The notes below the pieces were generated by a model. That model worked only from the letters and a program-made list of their open reading frames with translations. It ran no database searches and was not told the DNA's origin. Shown here in pieces: positions 30,801 through 38,927 of a stretch of DNA of 64,000 nt. Source of the stretch: a virus (taxonomy: Duplodnaviria; Caudoviricetes). A program made the translations under genes and the position numbers. The DNA lies in IMG/VR virus record IMGVR_UViG_3300012933_000371, positions 25,989 through 89,988 of that record. The stretch is one strand, 5' to 3'. Every line of letters starts with the position of its first letter. Within the stretch, counting starts at the first letter, position 1.

Positions 30801-32118
30801 TAATTTTAGCAGCTAAATCTTCATGCTTTTTAGTTATTTCTGCAGATTCTTGTTCTGTTAGGTCAAAAGGACTCTTAGTCAGTAAGCCTCTTACTCTAGA
30901 ACCTAGTACTTGCTTATTAAATCTAGATTCTTGGATTTCTTCTAGTTTCTTAGAAGTCATCTTACTAGTTAAATATTCTTTTTCTGCATTTGCTTCGATA
31001 ATAGCATCTGAGCGAATAGCATATGCTTGTTGCTCTTTTAACTGAGCTTTAAGTCTTTCGTGCGTTTCCGCAGCCATTTGTCTAGCATTTTCTCTAAACA
31101 TACCAATGGCTGGAATAGCTTGTTTTAATAGTATAGCTCCGATTGAGGCCATAGCAGCACCTAGGGCTGTAGGACTTTCAGATAATACACTTAAAATAGG
31201 CGTAAATACTTTATTAACTAATTCTAATCCTGTTTGTGCAAGATTCTGCATAGAAGCAAGAATCTTGTTGTAAGGGTTAGCATCCAGCTTAATTGAAGCA
31301 AACTTTCTTTCGCCTTCGTCTAAAACGGCATTAGCAAATGCTTGGCGTCTTTCAAAGTCTGTTAGCGAAGTAGCTGTTTTACCAATTTGACGAGCATAAC
31401 TAGAAGTTGCTTCATCGATTTTTACAAAAATACCTAATTCGTCAAGTAATTCTGGCTCAATTTTAGTAACACCACGACTTAAGCGAGATAAGGCGTCGCC
31501 CATATCAATACCTAAAGCCTGACTAGCTGTTTTAGCTACTAAGGTTAAGCGCTCTAGGTTTTTACTAGACATACCTGCGGCAGTCGCCTGTGCAGTAGCT
31601 GTCATAGCTTCGCGCAAGTTAATTGCACCGTCGCTTAATTCGCTTATTCTTTGAGCTAGAGTACCTAGGTTGCGTCCACTGGAAGCACCTAGTTGATCCA
31701 AACCTTTGACCATACTTGTAGTATCTGCAGCATTCTTTAATGCTGTAAATGCTGCACTAACAGCAAACAAGTTAGCCGCAAATGTAGCGTATACGTGTAC
31801 AAGACCGCCAAGACCTTGAGCTTGCTTAGCAAAATCTCGTCCAGCAGCACCAGTACCAACGCTAGCTCTAGCTTGGTCGTATTCTAAGCGCTCAGAGGTA
31901 GACATAGAAGCACCTGAAATACCCGCTAGGGTTTTAGAGGGTGCTTGATAGCTAGCCGCCATCTTTTTACCGGTACTAGCAGCAGTATTACCTAACTCAT
32001 TTACTTTTTTATTTAAGGCTTCAACATTTTTAATGTTCTTACTAACACTTTCGCCTTTGTCTTCTAATTCAAAACCTAATTTGATTGAGTTGTCTGACAT
32101 AGTTTCTCCTATTGTCAT
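24832..32118 (-). CDS. Tail tape measure protein (2428 aa)
   Basis: Ala/Leu/Thr-rich helical ORF after the chaperone genes; T5 pb2-like N-terminus (SRGVTKIEPELLDELGI); C-terminal YAKGG...LVGEKGPEL. Confidence 0.92.
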   Translation of the reverse strand: MTIGETMSDNSIKLGFELEDKGESVSKNIKNVEALNKKVNELGNTAASTGKKMAASYQAPSKTLAGISGASMSTSERLEYDQARASVGTGAAGRDFAKQAQGLGGLVHVYATFAANLFAVSAAFTALKNAADTTSMVKGLDQLGASSGRNLGTLAQRISELSDGAINLREAMTATAQATAAGMSSKNLERLTLVAKTASQALGIDMGDALSRLSRGVTKIEPELLDELGIFVKIDEATSSYARQIGKTATSLTDFERRQAFANAVLDEGERKFASIKLDANPYNKILASMQNLAQTGLELVNKVFTPILSVLSESPTALGAAMASIGAILLKQAIPAIGMFRENARQMAAETHERLKAQLKEQQAYAIRSDAIIEANAEKEYLTSKMTSKKLEEIQESRFNKQVLGSRVRGLLTKSPFDLTEQESAEITKKHEDLAAKINAGSATADEKLQHDKLSKRELRISAIRAEAKEAGAAAQEIHEASDEKWYAHQTLMRKKQQAMERAESKAHVLSMAADNAAIYGPKIAFGQLGTDVSKMNVGPLAKTLTYVQGAASIATTYLSNLLNVYGMYVAIATAAFAILDSLLSNNAKQVEKYNKNIDTLSASFDNVSRTMDVIASKSPFDVLSIDSIQARANAFNELTTAATSTVTSFVELTKATSGWDKLKDVFFDVFGKGTADVLSTNLAKAVTSSINLMQEGPAKKAAQKKLENIIGDSVDIENFKSIEKSLRNLTDAEIAEKGKLIASALSDISREANNTASVLTGLKTSFAETSKTVQTAIAELSPKDVFGKTGASLVSNSVAISDALKAGPIEALNTLNEIIKNNEVLSLLPKDTVVQLQAAKKELQSINEQLGGTEKARLEAEKSIEALKAKGTYKTKVAGSALEGYRNLAEEVLTEEAALVEGTLVALEATRKNLTESAEKATANFAELDKVVFKAGIDKLTVSLKGAFEEGGIAAAKGYLSVLKGIGGETAAEEGKLRAREISIQMENVKATYSHITAIQENTRALAEKTAKDDLRDAAESLKTATGPVVIDKYLTQAADAQRRLDVINEERRLTGAGTKGIKGAMSEEASKSGSMSEITREALKNLGPVIAQMFTMEGQLAKLVGAQTANSLQTMAATINESAQTTKRSLDQATARNNIELDSINSTITLSSMYDEMLYKRKNELEIANQLNTYLAEYAAINSKVLIANELITASQKNNSEAQLSSNQQYLAAVEAKKKAETDLDTLKTSNVLKLGRLQAKQDLDAFTAKSTTEKRLLDTYLTLGGISEREYNNSLLKTENTKEELRTAQAIAEVRSLATTKAAEYAAKGDTSGAEKIKADSESAVAGLEAQKTKQQELNAAINEQKNALAGVKTMTESLTAVFGTLGTSIGNAVGSITEYAISSKAMTSAHKDNMKGLEIGSEKYTEQADKNARERTNFELQSTAKIAGSTKKLFNEKTLAYKTLDKVEKAAHIYRLAMDAKELAFKIGNAIMGVTVKAGAEASSTGITFAGVAARMPAYIAEIYASWGAMGPWMAAAAGAYIATNLTGFGKGGGATVPSALSEGKGTILGDPNAKSESIAKSISALKDVDVITMQHSGNMVKYLRSIDSNIGALGTSLFRVVGVADNIAESKLGATNQNWINYTGISSLDKVITSFVGSIPLVGNLVNKVGKVFGFGSSSSVTGQGILINPQSLKAITEGGISAGYYADVSSKSSALGITYSSSSSTKVTPLEKEAALQLTRVFEGISGAVKSATTALGADSVAVASAIEKYVVNIGKINLSGLSQTEVLERLNNVFSAVTDKVAESVIPGLDAFVKVGSGYSEALFRVAAGVEEANAVLVTINKTAIKYTDILNKQGDVAAEIVRQTISASETQSLIKQVIDNFDGSARDILDAYTALDTVRDTLVAMGISADFLSAATVTAAGGLDRFTNSIASFLENFGTQAAKSAISADKVRETFSTLGIQIPKTRDAVYTLVTALTTTAPKSAAAIISIVDSLDAFYTGLEDFASNRDALVNKTLELTGQTGTLKTIQRGATLAETDPRLVALQKYVFALEDVKDAESVLLKLRQTEKNTLESSITAMKGYLTSITKFKDSLLVGQLSPLTAAEKYAESKKQFDAIFATATGVAATPEEQKAKETALSQLESSSTAFLDASKVYNASSAQYTSDFNYIQSALTSTASTLSSQISTAELTLVAANTQIDLLSGINTGITSVADAITALATATATANAAKIPATNSLNTSPLDDLTQSGGFKRYAAAGKTPAQFYADIKTYSKGVTDQPDVSVDDKMKTIAAAAISSQVSQTDIATALQIPIETVTEFLARSGLTVPMYAKGGYASGMSLVGEKGPELIDFSNPGRVYTAEQTNGMFNGTNQMGAMVSELRQLRQEVQELRKQQSNETGQLVMATYDSSNQAATEMANTVAEFVTKQNWSNTVRQNVKLN

Positions 32119-32174
32119 TAATTTAAGGAGTATTAGCCTTCTTAGGACGTAAATATACTCTCAATATTCACCTT

Positions 32175-32203
32175 ATTATATCATAAGAGCGCATATTTGT
32201 CAA
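32175..32203 (-). promoter_or_regulatory. Consensus sigma70 late promoter
   Basis: Minus strand TTGACA-17-TATAAT upstream of the tape measure gene. Confidence 0.9.
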
Positions 32204-32229
32204 CGCATAAATTTTTTTAACCAAAAGAA

Positions 32230-32260
32230 AAACCCCGTAAGTATTTACCTTACGGGGTTA
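32230..32260 (-). terminator. Intrinsic terminator
   Basis: AACCCCGTAAG-TATTTAC-CTTACGGGGTT, T-rich tail on the minus strand. Confidence 0.8.
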
Positions 32261-32261
32261 T

Positions 32262-32612
32262 CTATTTTGAGTCTGATTTTGGTCTTGATGCTTTTAGCGA
32301 TTTAGATCTAACGGAATCCATAATCCCTATCCAGTCCAGAACGTATCTACGATCTGACTTTTCTACTTCCATAATATCTAGAATATCTGCTAAGCCAACG
32401 TAACTTTTGCCCATATATACGCCATTCATGGTATCCCACTCATCGCGCAGTCTATAGTAAATCATTATGGCTTCCTGAACTTCTTCAGGGAAATCGTCTA
32501 GCTCTACTGGAATTTCTTCATCTACTGGTTCGGAACCTAGGGCTTCACACATTTCAAAATACGCTTCTTTAGTCATACTTAAAGAAGAATTCTGAAAGTA
32601 TGACTCAAGCAT
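32262..32612 (-). CDS. Tail assembly chaperone, T part (likely reached by -1 frameshift)
   Basis: Acidic ORF between TAC and tape measure; its frame is open upstream to the slippery site. Confidence 0.75.
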   Translation of the reverse strand: MLESYFQNSSLSMTKEAYFEMCEALGSEPVDEEIPVELDDFPEEVQEAIMIYYRLRDEWDTMNGVYMGKSYVGLADILDIMEVEKSDRRYVLDWIGIMDSVRSKSLKASRPKSDSK

Positions 32613-32617
32613 TCGAT

Positions 32618-33040
32618 TTATTTCTTCTCGTTGCTGGTTTGAAAGTTTCCCAAATCAGTAACGCTTTCAGAAACAAACGCATCAAAATTTGTACTAGATT
32701 TCATCAAGAACAATGCGTTCTCTTCACTGAATTCCAATTCTGCTTCTGGGTCTTGTCCTGTTAGATCAACTGGAGCCAATTGTTCCAAGTATGATAACTT
32801 AAGTCCTGACCAGTCTTTAACTGATGCTTGAACGTATAGTTGTAAGAATAAGTCGTCATTAACTTCTTCTACAGGTTGACGATTTTTAAAAGTAGTCTTA
32901 GTAGCTTTTTTACGAATGTTTACGAGGCTTTCGCGTGAAAGGAAAGACACTTTAACTTTAAAGCCTGGAAATCCAGGGTAGTCGACTTCAATAGTTTTTG
33001 AAGGTACTAAGAGGGTTTTTAGTGATAGAGAGGTAGCCAT
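32618..33040 (-). CDS. Tail assembly chaperone (G)
   Basis: Follows the major tail gene; VKDWSGLK motif. Confidence 0.8.
   Translation of the reverse strand: MATSLSLKTLLVPSKTIEVDYPGFPGFKVKVSFLSRESLVNIRKKATKTTFKNRQPVEEVNDDLFLQLYVQASVKDWSGLKLSYLEQLAPVDLTGQDPEAELEFSEENALFLMKSSTNFDAFVSESVTDLGNFQTSNEKK
32645..32651 (-). other. Programmed -1 frameshift slippery heptamer G GGA AAC
   Basis: XXXYYYZ in frame near the end of G; the -1 frame reads GKLSNQQREEINRMLESYF with no stop. Confidence 0.8.
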
Positions 33041-33080
33041 TTGGATTTTATCCTATTATGATGAAATTGTAATACAAAAA

Positions 33081-33106
33081 GAAGGGTGGTGATCAAGCCA
33101 CCCCTT
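33081..33106 (-). terminator. Intrinsic terminator after the tail tube gene
   Basis: Minus strand GGGGTGG...CCACCCTT hairpin followed by CTTTTT. Confidence 0.65.
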
Positions 33107-33115
33107 TGAAACCGA

Positions 33116-34309
33116 TTAAACTGTTGGTGTTAAGTCAGGAGAGTAGTACTTAATAACAATATCGTTAGTTTGTGTTAAGTCGTATACTGTGCTGTTGCCA
33201 CTACCAGTAGAACCTTGGGCAGTGAAGTTAATCGCTGTGGAAATAACTTGCTGAACGTCAACTGTTGGAATTGTTAGAACTGCTGAAGGCATATCTAAAA
33301 CAACTTTAACTGTGTTTGCGCCACCACCTACAGAAATTGCCATTGCAAACATTGGTTCAACAGTTACCGAAGCAGCTGTCAACATGTTAGCCAATAGTTT
33401 ACCAGTACCAGTTTCTGCAGCACCTGTCTTCAAGTACGCATTGATTGTACCAGAGATAGCGCGTTGACCTGTGTAATATGTAACTGGTGCATTAACTGTA
33501 CCTAAGTTAGCTGGAGTAATGTAGTTAATGTTGTTGTTAATAGTGATAGAACCACCAGTTAACGCAACATTATATGAACTACCAGCGGCAGCAACTGTTG
33601 AGCCTGTCTCGTCTTTTAAGTCTTTTACAAGGCTCAAAGAAACTGTAGATAGTTTGTTAGTGATGTAGTTAGCAGTAGTGTTCTTAACTTTATAAGTACC
33701 TGCAAGGCCAGTACCACCGTATGTACCGTTAACAGCAGTAATACCATTACCTAGTTGACGTAGTGTAGTACCTTGACCGGTCCATGCACCTGTAGCGATA
33801 GCATCTAAACCGAAGTCAATAGATACTTGGTTTAAAGAACAATTATCAACTGCGTAAGCAACTTGGTCAACAATAAAGATCATACCAAACTGCTGTAGGC
33901 GGTGAGCGTTAGAGTTGTTGAAAGCTGCAGAGCTATAAGCGTCGTCTTCTGTCCAACCGGCACCTGCGGCACCAATAGCACCAGTACCTGCGATAGCGTT
34001 CCAAAGAACGTTTTCTTCACAATCAACTACGCTGTCTGCGTCGTTAAAGCTTGGGCGTAGGTAGCTAGAGAATGAGAAGTCAACTGGAGCTAAGCTAGTG
34101 TTAAAAGCGCGTTGGCCACGAACTGGAGCTGCTCCGCCTTCCATAATAGTAATTGTATCACTATTAGTGTTTTGTGAGAATGTAAAACCATCAAGAACTT
34201 GAATTTCTTGTGTGTTGGTAGCGTCAGCACCAGTTGCTAAAACTTTACCTAATGAGTCAACGTTTGTAGTAAAGAATACCTTACTATTACGTACTAAATT
34301 TAATGCCAT
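33116..34309 (-). CDS. Major tail tube protein (T5 pb6-like)
   Basis: EIQVLDGFTFSQ, RGQRAFNTSL.PV.FSFSSYLRP and NITYLTP-like motifs; position. Confidence 0.88.
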   Translation of the reverse strand: MALNLVRNSKVFFTTNVDSLGKVLATGADATNTQEIQVLDGFTFSQNTNSDTITIMEGGAAPVRGQRAFNTSLAPVDFSFSSYLRPSFNDADSVVDCEENVLWNAIAGTGAIGAAGAGWTEDDAYSSAAFNNSNAHRLQQFGMIFIVDQVAYAVDNCSLNQVSIDFGLDAIATGAWTGQGTTLRQLGNGITAVNGTYGGTGLAGTYKVKNTTANYITNKLSTVSLSLVKDLKDETGSTVAAAGSSYNVALTGGSITINNNINYITPANLGTVNAPVTYYTGQRAISGTINAYLKTGAAETGTGKLLANMLTAASVTVEPMFAMAISVGGGANTVKVVLDMPSAVLTIPTVDVQQVISTAINFTAQGSTGSGNSTVYDLTQTNDIVIKYYSPDLTPTV

Positions 34310-34390
34310 AATCTTTCCTTTATGATTTTGGTATAGCTAGGTACACTAACTAGATATTTATCTGTGTTGGTATCTTGCTATAACGGTTAC

Positions 34391-34828
34391 TTACATTAAC
34401 GCGTAGCGCACCTGTAAGGTAATTTCTCCGATTGAGTAAGGCAACAAAAGCCCTTCATCGGTAACGATGGAATTTATAAGTATTTCCGTAGTCTCGTAAT
34501 TGTTGTCAACATCGTATTTTAGCACACGATTGTCATGAATTACTTTTTCTACGTCTTCCAATAAATTTTCAAGCAACTGCTGGGAGTCTTCTCCTTTGCA
34601 GTAGATTTTCAAGGTAATGCCAAGGTATGCCCAAGTAAAATCACCTGGTAAATACTCTCTGGCTTCAGAGCCTGCTACAACGTATATGCTGGGGAAATCG
34701 TTGGTTTCATCCCAGAATTTTAAATAGGCAAAGCTATTGTCAAATATATTTGATTTGTAAGTACCCGTGCCGTCAATGACTTTTAGCTTTTCAGACAGGG
34801 CTTTTACAATACTAGTTCTTCTACTCAT
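34391..34828 (-). CDS. Tail terminator
   Basis: SRRTSIVKAL...YLKFWDETNDFPSIYV...E.REY pattern; directly upstream of the tube gene. Confidence 0.75.
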   Translation of the reverse strand: MSRRTSIVKALSEKLKVIDGTGTYKSNIFDNSFAYLKFWDETNDFPSIYVVAGSEAREYLPGDFTWAYLGITLKIYCKGEDSQQLLENLLEDVEKVIHDNRVLKYDVDNNYETTEILINSIVTDEGLLLPYSIGEITLQVRYALM

Positions 34829-36273
34829 GCTAATACTGCTCTCATTCTGTTGGCTATTTCTGCCGAGGCTAATTCTCTGATTGACTTAGATATTAGCAGT
34901 TTAGGGTCACGTGATGTTGGCTGACTTTGGCGTCCGCCAGCAGAAAAAGTTGCGTAGGGGTTCTTCATGTACGAATAAAACGCAGTTATCATACCTTCTC
35001 GGCTTTCAGTTAGTCTTTCTACTACCGCAGAATTAGCAAGTCTGCCTGTTCTGTAGTTTAGTACATTACGACTATTGCCGGTACCCATATTTTTCTTTAT
35101 TTGTGCAGCTAAGTTTTGATTAATTAAAACCTGTATAGAAGCTAAGGAAGTAAATCTTCCCGCTAAGTTACGTATAGGCTTTGGCTTGTTAGCTTTTATC
35201 TCTGAACGTATCTTCTTAGCTTGCTGTATAAGTGCTTTATTATTAGACTTTTTAATTGCTACGGGTATCTTTTTGCTAATATTACTGGTTACTTTACCAG
35301 AATAAACTTGCTTAGATTTTTTACCAGTACTAAGCATACTGGCTAAATCTTTAGCTAACATGTCTATAAAAGTAGGAGAACTTTTACTAGTAAGTAACAT
35401 TTTACCTGTACTACTATTGTTGAAAGCTTTCTCAATCTCTGTAGAGTTTGGGGTAAATACTTTTCTAAGTTCTTCGACTACTGCTTTGGAAGCTCTTCCA
35501 GAGGATCTATTAGTTATACTATACTGCATTTCTACTAGATATTTATCTGTAGACTTTGTGTAGTTAACATTGCTGATGTTTTGGTAAACTTCTGTAGGCA
35601 TATTAGCTGAGCGAAGATCGTCTTCCTCTAGCTGTTTAATATATACGTCTAATGCGTGTACTAGGTTTTGTTTTACTTTATCTGATAAAGCGTTTGATCC
35701 CTGTACTTCGTCTTGGAATGCTTTTGTTAGATTAGCAGCAACGGAGATTACGTGCCCTTTATCAAAGAACGTGCCTATTGTAAAGTTAGGCATGGCATCA
35801 ATTTTTTGCCACTCTCTGTTATACTGCGCTTTAGTTAGCGTAGGATCTTGTGCTAATTCTTCTTTTAATCTATCCTTATGTCGCTCTGTTTGCTCGTATA
35901 AGTAGTGATCAATTTCGTCGCTTTTAAAGGCTCTGTTAAGTACTTCTGTAATAGTATCGAAGCCAATACCTTTATAAAGTACCGCATTCTGTCCGTTTAC
36001 TTTTTCAAACGAGCCTTTTATGCCGTCAACTCCAGAATTATCTGCTAGCTTTTGCAGCATTGACATTACGTCAGTTGCGTGTGCGTCTCCTGTAATAGAC
36101 TTAAAAATGTTTGAAACATCTTTAGCAGTAATCAGGAAGTCAGTTTTAGCGGCTCGCTGTTGACTAGATCGTAGTTTATCAACCGTACTACTTACTATAT
36201 TCTTTTCTAGTTTTTGAAACCAGCTTTTGTAAGCTTCTGATTGCAGTGCTTGGCTAAATTCTGCTACACTCAT
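34825..36273 (-). CDS. Tail completion / neck protein
   Basis: C-terminal LNYRTGRLANS...YSYMKNPYATF...RDPKLLISKSIRE motif; T5 p143 position. Confidence 0.65.
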   Translation of the reverse strand: MSVAEFSQALQSEAYKSWFQKLEKNIVSSTVDKLRSSQQRAAKTDFLITAKDVSNIFKSITGDAHATDVMSMLQKLADNSGVDGIKGSFEKVNGQNAVLYKGIGFDTITEVLNRAFKSDEIDHYLYEQTERHKDRLKEELAQDPTLTKAQYNREWQKIDAMPNFTIGTFFDKGHVISVAANLTKAFQDEVQGSNALSDKVKQNLVHALDVYIKQLEEDDLRSANMPTEVYQNISNVNYTKSTDKYLVEMQYSITNRSSGRASKAVVEELRKVFTPNSTEIEKAFNNSSTGKMLLTSKSSPTFIDMLAKDLASMLSTGKKSKQVYSGKVTSNISKKIPVAIKKSNNKALIQQAKKIRSEIKANKPKPIRNLAGRFTSLASIQVLINQNLAAQIKKNMGTGNSRNVLNYRTGRLANSAVVERLTESREGMITAFYSYMKNPYATFSAGGRQSQPTSRDPKLLISKSIRELASAEIANRMRAVLA

Positions 36274-36276
36274 AAG

Positions 36277-36858
36277 TTATCCGTAATAAGCAGTATACTG
36301 GTCTAGTACACGTTTAATATGAGCAGGTAAATTGGTATTAGTAATATATTCGATCTGAATAGTATTAGCGCCAATTGATTTTTGTGAGTGAACTGCAGCA
36401 TCGTTACGTATATAGTACTGTATTAAATCTGCAATAGCTAATTTTAAATCAGCAGGGACTGCGTCGTAGCCTGCAGTATATGTAACACGAAATGCGTTTG
36501 TTTTAAAGTAGTCGAAATACTGTGCTGCAATTAATTCAACTGCGTCACTACTTTGGTCAACTACATAATCTGTAAATTCTTCTAACGCTGTATAAGTATT
36601 TCCATAATTATCGGAAAACTCTACTGTGCTTACTTGCATAACCGGAGTTTCTTGTAAAAGCAATCTATTCCCGTGAGCACCACCTCTAAAGGTTTCTACT
36701 TTAAACTCATCTACGTAGTCTAAAAAGGTTCTGCGGCAAAGATTCTTTACTAAGGCACTTACTTGCGGGATTAGCTGATTAATAACAGCATCCTGATTTG
36801 TGCTTGAAATTCCAACATATGTTTTGTATTCTGCGAGCGTAATTAAGTTTAATGCCAT
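36277..36858 (-). CDS. Head-tail connector (gp6-like)
   Basis: LITLAEYKTY N-terminus; RVTYTAGY..VPADLKLA motif. Confidence 0.8.
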   Translation of the reverse strand: MALNLITLAEYKTYVGISSTNQDAVINQLIPQVSALVKNLCRRTFLDYVDEFKVETFRGGAHGNRLLLQETPVMQVSTVEFSDNYGNTYTALEEFTDYVVDQSSDAVELIAAQYFDYFKTNAFRVTYTAGYDAVPADLKLAIADLIQYYIRNDAAVHSQKSIGANTIQIEYITNTNLPAHIKRVLDQYTAYYG

Positions 36859-36906
36859 AGAATATCCTTTATGTCTTTTATAAGAACACTAAATGCTCTT
36901 ATAAAA

Positions 36907-36930
36907 GACAAGGAACCTAAGTTCCTTGTC
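36907..36930 (-). terminator. Intrinsic terminator after the capsid gene
   Basis: Perfect GACAAGGAAC-CTAA-GTTCCTTGTC hairpin followed by TTTT on the minus strand. Confidence 0.8.
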
Positions 36931-36954
36931 AGTTAGTTTAAATCAAACTATAAA

Positions 36955-38919
36955 TTAAGCTGCCCAACGTAATGTTGAAACTGCTGGACCTAAGTTAGTT
37001 GTAACTTGTGTCAAGCCAGTACGCATAGAAGCAACTAGAACACGACGTTGTGTCTCAACTAATTCTTGTGTGTCAAAGCGTAGACCGCGTTGATTACCAG
37101 CCAAGAAGTTACCAGGAGCAAAACACATAGCACCAATGTTAGTAGATGCAGTAGCAGCGCCAGAAGCCTTAGTTGGGAACTCGCCAGATACTAGAACTGG
37201 AGTGTTACCGATTTGACCTACTTGACCTGTTAGCAATGTAGCTTGTGGACCAACTTGGTTCATTGTTTGGAATGTAGTGTCATCTAGCAAGTCGTAGTAG
37301 ACTTCTGTAGAAACAACATAAACCAATTCAGCTGGATCTAGACCCCAAGCGCCTAGGTCCTTACGCATAGCGCGTAGGTTAGCGATTGTAGCAGCAGTAC
37401 CAACAGCTGGAGTTACAGTTGAAGATGCGTCATATAGAGCGATACCTTTAACTGGATCAGAACCAGAACCACCACCGATTAGGTAAGCGCGGTCAACTGA
37501 ACGAGCAAGACGACGGATCATAGCATCGCGAACGATAGGCATGATAACCAATAGGCTGTCTTCTTCTTCTTCATAGTTTAGATATTCGTTAGTAGCAACT
37601 TTATATGCATTTAAAGTGATTTCTTTTAGTGCGTGTGGGCTACCTGAACCAACTGTTTGACCTGTAGTAGCTGTAGTACCGCCAGCAGATTGGCTTGCAC
37701 CGAACTGAGCGTTAGTTACCCAAGATGCTAAACCAGCTTCTGGGTTAACAGGCATAGTCATAACGTTAGTCTTCATTTGTACTGCGCGAACTAGTGGAGC
37801 AACCACTAAACGACGACGTACTTCAGCTTCCATGTTTGTAGAAACTTCTAGTTCCCATGTAGCGCTTGGTAAGTGTTGACCAGTTTTCTGGATCATTTCG
37901 TTACCGAATTTTGTGTCAGCAATAGACTTACCGCTAATCTTAGACAACATAACAGCCTTTTCACGCTCAGCGTAAGAAGTACCACCTTGTTGTTGATTGT
38001 CAGCAAAAGTCATTTTGCTTGCTTGAATCTTAGCGATTTCAGCTGCTTTTTCTTTTAGTGTAGCTTCTAGACCTTCTAGAGCAGATTTTTGTTGCTCAGC
38101 TTGGTCTTCAAAACGCTTAGTAACTTCCGCTAATAGACGTTCTGCACCACTTTGACCAACTTGGATCTCAACGGCGGCTTTAACTTTAGCGTCTAACTCA
38201 GCTTGAGCCTTAGCTGCGGCTTCTTGAGCAGCTTTTTCAGCAGCTTGAGTGGCCAATAGTTTTGTTGTAGCTGCTTCGGCAGCATCGGTCAACATTTTTT
38301 GCATTTCTTCTGGAGTCATTTCCAATTCCTTTGTTGTTGTGCTCTTTGCTTCCGTTGTGGATTCTAGCCCTTTAGCTGAGTCGCCTTTGGGTGCAAATTG
38401 CTGTTTAAACTGTTTATAGTCCGCATCATTTTCAAATGCTTTGGACAGGTCAAATAGAGTATTTTGATTGCAAGGTACAGAAACTACCGAAATCTCGACA
38501 AGTTCAAGTTCCTTAATAACAAATACCTCTGCAGCACTGTTGTACTCTGCATCTAAGATACGGAATCCAATACTAAACGCTGTTAAAATTTTGTCTTTAA
38601 TTAGACCAAATACTTCTTCAGCTGCTGAAGAAATACGGGCTTTTACCCACAAACCCTTATCATCCACTTTATAGTCAGTCATGCGTCCGATAGGATCATC
38701 GTAATCATGCTGTGCTAAAATAATTGGATTTTTAAGGTAATTTTGAATACCTGCTTCCCAAACGGATTTTGGGACAACATCACCGCTTCTGTCGATATCG
38801 ATGGTACTTGCGTAACCTTCAATAAAAATAGACTCGATACTGCTGTCGCCGTTTGTTGGCAAGGCTTTTTCATTCACGGCAAAAGCACTATTTAATCGTA
38901 GTACTTTGTTTTTATCCAT
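36955..38919 (-). CDS. HK97-type prohead protease fused in frame to the major capsid protein (internal start at 38319)
   Basis: N-terminal IEGYAST...DRSGDVV...LAQHD...FSIGF...EISVVSVPCN protease motifs; coiled-coil delta domain; capsid fold. Internal AAGGA-N7-ATG gives a 454-aa capsid protein. Confidence 0.88.
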   Translation of the reverse strand: MDKNKVLRLNSAFAVNEKALPTNGDSSIESIFIEGYASTIDIDRSGDVVPKSVWEAGIQNYLKNPIILAQHDYDDPIGRMTDYKVDDKGLWVKARISSAAEEVFGLIKDKILTAFSIGFRILDAEYNSAAEVFVIKELELVEISVVSVPCNQNTLFDLSKAFENDADYKQFKQQFAPKGDSAKGLESTTEAKSTTTKELEMTPEEMQKMLTDAAEAATTKLLATQAAEKAAQEAAAKAQAELDAKVKAAVEIQVGQSGAERLLAEVTKRFEDQAEQQKSALEGLEATLKEKAAEIAKIQASKMTFADNQQQGGTSYAEREKAVMLSKISGKSIADTKFGNEMIQKTGQHLPSATWELEVSTNMEAEVRRRLVVAPLVRAVQMKTNVMTMPVNPEAGLASWVTNAQFGASQSAGGTTATTGQTVGSGSPHALKEITLNAYKVATNEYLNYEEEEDSLLVIMPIVRDAMIRRLARSVDRAYLIGGGSGSDPVKGIALYDASSTVTPAVGTAATIANLRAMRKDLGAWGLDPAELVYVVSTEVYYDLLDDTTFQTMNQVGPQATLLTGQVGQIGNTPVLVSGEFPTKASGAATASTNIGAMCFAPGNFLAGNQRGLRFDTQELVETQRRVLVASMRTGLTQVTTNLGPAVSTLRWAA

Positions 38920-38927
38920 GTAGTTCC

